Shown here one piece after another: positions 1-6,333 of a DNA stretch of 11,318 bases (positions are counted from its first letter, which is position 1; each line of letters starts with the position of its first letter). Below the pieces are notes generated by a model that did no database searches, was not told the DNA's origin, and saw only the letters and a program-made list of their open reading frames with translations. The translations under genes were made by a program, and so were the position numbers. Origin of the DNA: Candidatus Methylomirabilota bacterium (GTDB lineage: Bacteria > Methylomirabilota > Methylomirabilia > Rokubacteriales > CSP1-6); NCBI GenBank assembly GCA_046726415.1, contig JBKPAK010000160.1:1-11318 (forward strand), written 5' to 3'.

Positions 1-237
1 GCCCGGCACCTCGCGCGCAACGCCTACCTCTACGTGCGCCAGTCGACGGTGCGGCAGGTCCTCGAGAACACCGAGAGCACCCAACGCCAGTACGCGCTCC
101 GTCAGCGCGCCATCGCGCTCGGCTGGCCGAGCGACGGCGTCATCGTGATCGATTCAGATTTGGGCCAGTCGGGTGCCTCCGCCGTCGATCGCGAAGGCTT
201 CCAGACGCTCGTGGCGGAGGTCGGAATGGGCCGCGCC
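1..237 (+). pseudogene. Large serine recombinase ('recombinase family protein'), N-terminal catalytic-domain fragment, truncated at ~237; start lies upstream of the window
   Basis: Frame 1 reads ARHLARNAYLYVRQSTVRQVLENTESTQRQYALRQRAIALGW...IDSDLGQSGASAVDREGFQTLVAEVGMGRA. It has the resolvase-type Y-x-R-x-S motif (Ser at 43-45) and D.G.SG....R.GF. The expected following GIVL..EVSRLAR segment is absent and the frame turns into low-complexity sequence. Confidence 0.88.
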
Positions 238-391
238 GCAGACCCCCAACCGCTCGGCGGCGCGCGGCGCCTGAGGGCACCCGGACGCGGCGGTCGCCGG
301 GGTCTGCTCGCTGGCGTGTTGGGGCGGGCCCATGCCTCTCGACCAACGCTCCGTTCTGGGAGAAACTCCGGTGACACGCTGGTTGTCCGCG

Positions 392-580
392 CTGTGCCGG
401 GGGGGAGGAAGGGGGCGGGGGTGGTGCCGAGAATGGACGTTCCGTCAACCGGTCTGTGCCGGGGGGGGAGGAAGGGGGGCGGGGGTGGTGCCGAGAACGG
501 ACGTTCCGTCAACCGGCTGTGCCGGGGGGGAGGAAAGGGGGGCGGGGGGTGGTGCCGAGAACGGACGTTCCGTCAACCGG
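392..580 (+). repeat. Three tandem G-rich direct repeats (392-453, 454-516, 517-580; 62/63/64 bp)
   Basis: Unit is CTGTGCC-G(7/8/7)-AGGAA(A)-G(5/6/6)-C-G(5/5/6)-TGGTGCCGAGAAYGGACGTTCCGTCAACCGG. Units differ mainly in homopolymer length and have no unique spacers. Confidence 0.97.
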
Positions 581-595
581 CCCTTTGTCGTGTCT
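551..595 (+). repeat. Dispersed direct repeat, copy 1 (45 bp); putative orphan left end of the element at 6334-8181
   Basis: GGTGCCGAGAACGGACGTTCCGTCAACCGGCCCTTTGTCGTGTCT aligns without gaps to 6334-6378 at 38/45 identity (counted by hand). Confidence 0.9.
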
Positions 596-611
596 GCGCT
601 CTCTACGCTCG

Positions 612-1316
612 CAGGACCTCGCCTGGGTCGACCATCGCGTCGGGTCGGAGCCGGTGACCTACCTCGGTCAGCAGATCCAGGACCCGAACGGGCTGCTCCT
701 GACCGAGTTCTGGAACCGCTCGATCCGGCACGTGTACAGCCTCGACGGCAAGGCTCCGGGCCCCGGACCCACCGGGACGCCCGACATCGTCGCACCCGAC
801 GGGACGCTCTCGCGCCTCCCACCCGACACGAAGTACGTGCTCACCGACAACGGGGTCGCCCTCCAGCAACCTGTCGTCGACCGCTGGGGCCAGCTGACGC
901 TCTACCGGAAGGACGGGCCGTGGAGATCGCTCGACGGAGCGCAGCAGCTCTACCCGGACGGTTGGGTTCCCGGCTGGTCGAGCTACACGTACTTCCGGCC
1001 CGGCCAGAAGGGCACGCTCGTGGTCACGCTCTCGCGAACGGCCTTCAACGGCTCCGCCCCTCCCGGCCGCGCGCGAATCGTCGCGGGCGAGGTGCGGATC
1101 GACCCGGCCCTCGGCGGCGCCGCCATGGGCCGCATCACGACGCGGCGCAGCGCGGTCGTCCGGAATGGGACGAGTCAGGAGATCAGGCTGCCGGTCGAGC
1201 GCACACCCGTGCGCGTCGAGCTCACGATCACCCCCACGTTCCACGCCAGCGTCTCCGATCGTCGCGATCTCGGCGCTCAGGTTCGCTTCCAGTTCGTTCC
1301 GGCAGACGGGGATTGA
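612..1316 (+). pseudogene. 5'-truncated C-terminal (probably extracytoplasmic) part of a glycan-related membrane protein, possibly a GT-C/GT39-like glycosyltransferase
   Basis: Strongly GC3-biased, protein-like frame from QDLAWVDHRVGSEPVTYLGQQIQDPNGLLLTEFWNRS to DRRDLGAQVRFQFVPADGD*. Its stop overlaps the next start (TTGA). The upstream part of ORF 456..1316 is only the translated tandem repeat, and there is no credible start. The function call is tentative. Confidence 0.6.
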
Positions 1317-2488
1317 CACCCGCACCGAGCTACGCGACGCGGATCGCGCGCACGGTCGGCGAGCTCGAGGAGCTGCGGGCGGTCTGGGAGACGATCCCGT
1401 GGGAGCGGGACGAGGCCGAGTACGAGTACCTGCTCACGCGCGTACGGACGCGGCCGAACGTGCTCGGGCCGTTCGCGATCGTCGTCGAGGACGGGGAACG
1501 CGTGCTCGCCGCGCTTGCGGGACGGCTCGAGCAGAGGCGGCTCGAGACTGCGGTCGGCTACCGGGTGCTCTACGCGCCCGAGGTGAAGCTCGTGCAGGCG
1601 GTCGACGGCGGTGTCGTCGTCCCCGACCCCGAGGGCCTCGAACCTCTGCTCGACGCCGTGCGGGGCGTCCTCGCCGGAGGCGAGGTGGACGCGCTCGCCC
1701 TACCGCCGCTCGAGCTCGGCTCGCCGCTCGCGGTCTCCTTCGAGTCGCTGAGCACCCGCCTGGCGCGACAGCGGTTCGTCGCGCCGTGGACGCGCCGCCG
1801 GCTCGTGCTTCCGACGTCGTTCAACGAGTTCGTCGCCACGAGGAGCCCGAACACGCGCTGGCGCATCAGGCGCGAGGCACGAAGGCTCGCCGAGGAGTTC
1901 GGCCCCGATCTGACGGTCGAGATCGTCCGCGACCCCTCCGGCTTCGAGCAGCTCGTCCGCGACGCCGACCGCGTCGCGCGCTCGACGTACCAGCGGGCCC
2001 TCGGCGCCGGCTTCTCGGACACGCCCGAGCAGCGGGCACTCGCCCGGGTTGGCCTCGAGCACAGCTGGCTGCGCGGATACCTGCTGTACCTGCGCGGCGA
2101 GCCGATCGCCTACTGGCTCTGCTCGCTCCACGGCGAGACGATGCTGATCAGGACCGGAGGCTACGACGGTGCGTACGCCGAGCACCGCGTCGGCATCCAC
2201 CTGCTCATGAGCGTAATCGAGGACGCCATCGCCGACCCGTCGCTCCGGATCCTCGACTTCGGCCCGGGCGACGCGGCGTACAAGCAACAGTTCAGCAACG
2301 ACAACGACTCGAGGCAGGAGTGGAATCTCCTCGTTTTCGCGCCGACCTTCCGGGCGATCCGCATCAACGCGGTCCGCGGCGTCATCCTCGGCTCCGCGCG
2401 CCTCGTCCGGCGGATGCTCGACGCGGCGAAGCTGACGGACCGGGTACGGGCGCGCTGGCGCGACCGCCTCACTAGGATCGTTCGGTGA
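1313..2488 (+). CDS. GNAT-family acetyltransferase, CelD/BcsL (Acetyltransf_6) type, ~391 aa
   Basis: TTG start at 1313 overlaps the upstream TGA. Motifs: LPTSFNEFVATRSPNTRWRIRREARRL, LYLRGEPIAY, GYDGAYAEHRVGIHLL, LDFGPGDAAYKQQF. Confidence 0.9.
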   Translation: MTPAPSYATRIARTVGELEELRAVWETIPWERDEAEYEYLLTRVRTRPNVLGPFAIVVEDGERVLAALAGRLEQRRLETAVGYRVLYAPEVKLVQAVDGGVVVPDPEGLEPLLDAVRGVLAGGEVDALALPPLELGSPLAVSFESLSTRLARQRFVAPWTRRRLVLPTSFNEFVATRSPNTRWRIRREARRLAEEFGPDLTVEIVRDPSGFEQLVRDADRVARSTYQRALGAGFSDTPEQRALARVGLEHSWLRGYLLYLRGEPIAYWLCSLHGETMLIRTGGYDGAYAEHRVGIHLLMSVIEDAIADPSLRILDFGPGDAAYKQQFSNDNDSRQEWNLLVFAPTFRAIRINAVRGVILGSARLVRRMLDAAKLTDRVRARWRDRLTRIVR

Positions 2489-3072
2489 GGGTCAGGGCGA
2501 TGATCAGGCGGGCGCCGAGGACGATCGGCAACGCGCTGCGCGACCTTCGCTACGGCGGGCTCCTCGGGGGGACGATGGAGACGAAGCACGCGCACCTCGG
2601 CGCCCACGACGTCGGCAACGCCGACTACAGCGACCTCACCGTCCTCTTCGAGCAGGTCGAGATCGGGCTCGACGACGTGATCGTGGACATCGGCTGCGGC
2701 AAGGGCCGCGCGCTCAACTGGTTCCTCTCGCACCATCCGCGCAACACGATCGTCGGCATCGAGCTCGATCCCGACGTATGCGCGAGGACCGCCCACCGGC
2801 TCCGCCGCCACGCGAACGTTACCGTCCTCTGCGGCGACGCGATCGAGCTGCTTCCGCCCGAGGGCACGGTCTTCTACCTCTTCAACCCGTTCGGCGAGGA
2901 GGTGATGGCGAGGTTCATCGCCGCCTTCCTCGCGGTGGACGTCGGCAAGCCGCGGACGATCGTCTACTACAACTGCAAGTTCGTCCACCTCTTCGAGGCC
3001 GAGCCGCGCTTCGACGTGCGGATGCTGGAGCGGCCGAAGAGCTTCCGCTCCGCGCTCATTCGCGTGCAGTAG
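2485..3072 (+). CDS. Class I SAM-dependent methyltransferase, 195 aa
   Basis: GTGA-coupled to the upstream gene. Motif I VIVDIGCGKGRAL, then IVGIELD, GDA and FYLFNPF. Confidence 0.9.
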   Translation: MRVRAMIRRAPRTIGNALRDLRYGGLLGGTMETKHAHLGAHDVGNADYSDLTVLFEQVEIGLDDVIVDIGCGKGRALNWFLSHHPRNTIVGIELDPDVCARTAHRLRRHANVTVLCGDAIELLPPEGTVFYLFNPFGEEVMARFIAAFLAVDVGKPRTIVYYNCKFVHLFEAEPRFDVRMLERPKSFRSALIRVQ

Positions 3073-4357
3073 CCGCGGCGGGCTCCGGGCCGAACCCCCG
3101 CCGCCGCAGCCCGAGCAGGAGCACGATCCACGTGAGGGCGGAGGCGACCGACGAGAGGAGCACCGCTACCCCCGCTCCCGTGACCCCCCAGCGGTCGCCG
3201 AGGACGACGATCAGCGGCAGCAGGACGGCCGCCTCGACGCCGTGCGCGACTATCCGCAGGCCCGGCCGGCCGATCGTGACGGGGAAGGTCTTCGTCCAGC
3301 CGAGCACGAGGTGGATCGCCGCCGAGACGAGCACGAGCTGCGCCGCCGTGGTCGCCGGCTCGTAGTCCTCGCCGAGGATCACGCGGACGAGCCACGGCAT
3401 CAGGAGGAGCGCGGGCGGCAGGGTGAGCACGAGCAGCAGCGTGGAGCCGGCGACGTAGCGCCGGAGCCCGGCGAACACGACCTGCGGGCGGCCACGCTCC
3501 CAGTCGCGCGTGTGGTCGGTGAGCAGGATCATCCGCACTGGCGCGAAGAGGACGGACATGCCCATTTGCGGCGCCTGGGCGGCGCGGAAGAGGCCCACGT
3601 CAGTCGCCGTGCGCACGATGCCGAGGACGAGCGGGGCGATCCACGTCCGCAGCGAGATGAGAGCCGTGTAGGCGGAGCTCTGGAACACGAACCCGAGAAT
3701 CGGCCGCCGGTCCTCGCCGAGCGCGACGGGCGTCGCGGCCGGGAAGCGCCGCACCGCGGCGATCGCGAAGCCCACCACGACCGCGCTCGTCACGGCCTGC
3801 GCGGCCACGAGCCCGGCGATGGTCGCGGTCACGCCGTACTGGGCGCCGATCGCGACACCGGCGAGCCGCAGGCCCATCGAGAGCGTCAGCAGCGCGCCGC
3901 GCAGATCATAGCGCCCGCGCAGGATCACGGTCGCCGCGCCGATCGAGTCGAGGGCCTGCAGCGCGGGCAGGATCGCGGCGATCAGCATCGCCCCCTCGAG
4001 GCCCTCTGCGTCGTTGAAGATCGAGCCGATGAACGGTGCGAGGGCGACGACGATCACGCCGGCCCCGAGCGCGGCCAGCAGCTCGTAGCGGAAGGTTGCG
4101 CGGACGAGCCGGTGGAACCGTCCCCAGTCCTCGCGTGCGGCGTAGCGGAAGCCGTACTTGACGAGCGCCTCGTCGCTCGTCAGCCAGAGGAGCGTCGAGA
4201 GGAAGCCCACGACGCCGAGCACGATCGCGTAACGGCCGGCCTCGGTCGGGCCGAGGACGCGAAACACGACGAGCGTCGCGAGGATGCCGAGGGCGGCGGA
4301 GGCGTAGACTCCCGCCGCCGCGACGCGCCGGCGGTGCGGCGGGCGCTCCTCGGTCAC
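3056..4357 (-). CDS. Oligosaccharide flippase / polysaccharide biosynthesis protein (Wzx/MOP superfamily), ~433 aa
   Basis: Probable GTG start at 4357 (VTEERPPH...). Many hydrophobic helices, with RVLGPTEAGRY, DVGLFRAAQ, LGEDYEPA and WGVTGAGVA motifs, in glycosyltransferase context. Confidence 0.88.
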   Translation of the reverse strand: MTEERPPHRRRVAAAGVYASAALGILATLVVFRVLGPTEAGRYAIVLGVVGFLSTLLWLTSDEALVKYGFRYAAREDWGRFHRLVRATFRYELLAALGAGVIVVALAPFIGSIFNDAEGLEGAMLIAAILPALQALDSIGAATVILRGRYDLRGALLTLSMGLRLAGVAIGAQYGVTATIAGLVAAQAVTSAVVVGFAIAAVRRFPAATPVALGEDRRPILGFVFQSSAYTALISLRTWIAPLVLGIVRTATDVGLFRAAQAPQMGMSVLFAPVRMILLTDHTRDWERGRPQVVFAGLRRYVAGSTLLLVLTLPPALLLMPWLVRVILGEDYEPATTAAQLVLVSAAIHLVLGWTKTFPVTIGRPGLRIVAHGVEAAVLLPLIVVLGDRWGVTGAGVAVLLSSVASALTWIVLLLGLRRRGFGPEPAAATARE

Positions 4358-4361
4358 GGGG

Positions 4362-4980
4362 TCAGGCGTGCGCGGCGCAGAGGACCCTCCCGTAGCGCCG
4401 CGCGAGGAGCGACGCCAGCGGCCCCGTCCGCTCGAGCGCGGAGACGAGCGGAACGACCGGTCCCGGCACCGGCCGCCTCTGGGCAGGAAGAACGGTCGCA
4501 GCCGGATGTCCGTGAAGCCCGCAGCCTCGAGCTCGGCCAGGATCGGGGGCAGGTCGTAGGCGCTTGGCCTGACGTCGAAGACGAGCTTCCTCCGGACGTA
4601 GGTCGCGACCAGCCGGAAGAACGCCGCGCGGTCGGGCGCGTAGTAGAACGCGCGCAGGCAGATCGCCGCATCCACGGGCTCCTCCGGCACGTACTCCTCG
4701 AGCCGCGCGAGCGTGAACGGCACGCCCGGGTGGCGCCGTCGCGCGGCCTCGACCATCGGCACGCTCGCGTCGATCCCGGCGTACCGCAGCCCTCGGGCGA
4801 GGAGCGGCGGCGCGAGCACGCGCTCGCCGCAGGCGAGGTCGAGGATGCTCTGCCCCGCCTCGAGCGGCTCGCCCAGGCGACGATCAGCTCCGCGGCACGC
4901 TCGGCGTACTGCTCGGGATGGGTGTACTCGTGCTCGGAGTAGCGGTCGGCAATCCGGTCGTACTTCTCGGTGGAGCTCAC
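4362..4980 (-). CDS. Class I SAM-dependent methyltransferase interrupted by two single-base frameshifts (~4878 and ~4482)
   Basis: MSSTEKYDRIADRYSEHEY... shifts frame to LGEPLEAGQSILDLACG...YAGIDASVPMVEAARR...CLRAFYY...PFFLP. It shifts again in a C3 run to QRRPVPGPVV...RVLCAAHA*, with TGA at 4362-4364. Confidence 0.82.
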
Positions 4981-5032
4981 GTCGATCTCGTTCGAGGCTG
5001 TCGTTCAGCTCACCGCGCGTCCCAGAGCGGGC

Positions 5033-5777
5033 TCATCGGGCGAGCAGTCTCTCAGGATGCTTGCGGACGAACCGCGCGATTCCTGCCCAGTGCCAGAGCG
5101 TGCGGCGCGTCAGCCAGCTCGTGTCGGTCACGGCCTGGTGCTCGTGGCGGACGACCGCGGCGGGCACGTACCAGCGCTCCCAGCCCGCCTTCATCGCGCG
5201 GTACTGGAGGTCGATGTCCTCGTCGTAGAGCCGGAACCCCTCGTCGAAGCCGCCAAGCTAGCTCGTCGAGCATCGTGCGCCGGAGGAGCAGGAAGCCGCC
5301 AAGCATCCAGTCGCACTGGACAGGCCCGTCGGGCTGCGGCTCGTCGAGGTGGTAGTGGCGGCGCTGCGGGATCGCGCGGCGGAGGGGCGTGCGGCGGACG
5401 GCGGTGCCGGCGACGGTCGGGAAGCGGCGCCAGGAGGGCTGCGGCGTCCCGTCGGGGTAGACCATGCGCGGACCTGCGACGCCGCAGCGCTCCTGGTCGA
5501 GCATGAGCTCGCGGAGGGCGGCGACCGCGCCGGGCTCCCGCACAGCGTCCGGGTTGACGGCGAGGAGTCCTTCGCCGCTCGCGCGCGAGAAGCCGCGGTT
5601 CAGGTTCGCCGCGAACCCGAGCGGGCGTTCGTTCACGATCGCCTCAACGCCGGCCGGAACCGACCCCGGCACGTTCGCGACGACGACGAGCTCGTCGACC
5701 TGCTCGCGCAGCATCGGCAGCAGGAGCTCGAGCTCGCGGGCGTGGCCGTGCGAGACGACGACCGCCGAGACCTTCAT
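5033..5777 (-). CDS. GT2 glycosyltransferase (WbbL/rhamnosyltransferase-like), frameshifted by a 4-bp duplication at 5256-5263
   Basis: MKVSAVVVSH...NERPLGFAANLNRG...VNPDA...VAGPRMVYPDG...DWMLGGFLLLRR. Removing one AGCT restores LGGFDEGFRLYDEDIDLQYR...RKHPERLLAR*. Confidence 0.9.
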
Positions 5778-5929
5778 CTGGCCAGCACCTGTCGGTAGAC
5801 GTCGGCCGTGCGGCGGGTCGTCTCCTCCCACGAGAAGCGCTTCGCGCGCTCGAGCCCGGCGGCGACGAGGCGGTCACGATCCGCGAGCGCGTGCTCGAGC
5901 ACGGCGGCGAAGTCGCCGTCCTCGGCGTA
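5774..5929 (-). pseudogene. C-terminal ~50 aa of a GT4 glycosyltransferase, 5'-truncated at ~5930 (not in the ORF track)
   Basis: YAEDGDFAAVLEHALADRDRLVAAGLERAKRFSWEETTRRTADVYRQVLAR*, a typical GT4 tail, ATGA-coupled to the GT2 start. The in-frame sequence further upstream is not GT4-like. Confidence 0.85.
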
Positions 5930-5931
5930 CT

Positions 5932-6138
5932 CCTGAGGAAGTGCACCAGTTGGCGCACCGGGGCAAGAAGGACGGCCGGGTGAGTTTCTGGCTTCAGCCC
6001 AGGGACTACGGCGTGGAGAAATTTAGGGAGGCCTCGGCGCGTGTCGGAAGCGGCCTCGCGCAGGTGGCAAAACATTGGGAGCGAAGGGATATGGTGGTCC
6101 GACACAGTGACGGCGTGGCTGGAAGACTGAGCGGATGA
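5932..6138 (+). pseudogene. Probable C-terminal remnant of a small hypothetical protein
   Basis: PEEVHQLAHRGKKDGRVSFWLQPRDYGVEKFREA looks protein-like, has no start, and begins at the compositional shift at ~5930. From memory it resembles tails of small PD-(D/E)XK-like hypotheticals, which is unverified. Confidence 0.4.
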
Positions 6139-6333
6139 TGCGGTGGTATGCGGCCATCGCCAATCAGACACTACGAGCGGCAGCTGAGGCGGTGAGCGGC
6201 TCGGAGCTATTGCTTTGTTGTGAACGAGTTTCTTCCTCATGAGGCCGCGCTGGTGGGTTGTCACTATCCTGTACCGGGGGGGCGGAACGCGAGAACCGGC
6301 CGCTGCCGTGTTCCGATTGGGCGGGAGGGCGGG

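Noticed and set aside
392-580. CRISPR array
   Set aside because: The sequence between the conserved cores is near-identical in all units (no unique spacers), and there are no cas genes in the window.
332-2488. 718-aa ORF as a novel fusion protein
   Set aside because: The first ~327 codons are translated repeat and an off-frame shadow of the 612-1316 gene. The GNAT starts at the coupled TTG at 1313.
3056-4819. 587-aa methyltransferase-flippase fusion
   Set aside because: It arises from a single-base frameshift at ~4482. Once corrected, the methyltransferase stops at 4362 and the flippase starts at 4357.
5255-5264. Filled-in HindIII (Hi-C) ligation junction
   Set aside because: The sequence is AAGCTAGCTC, not AAGCTAGCTT, and the same gene continues on both sides.
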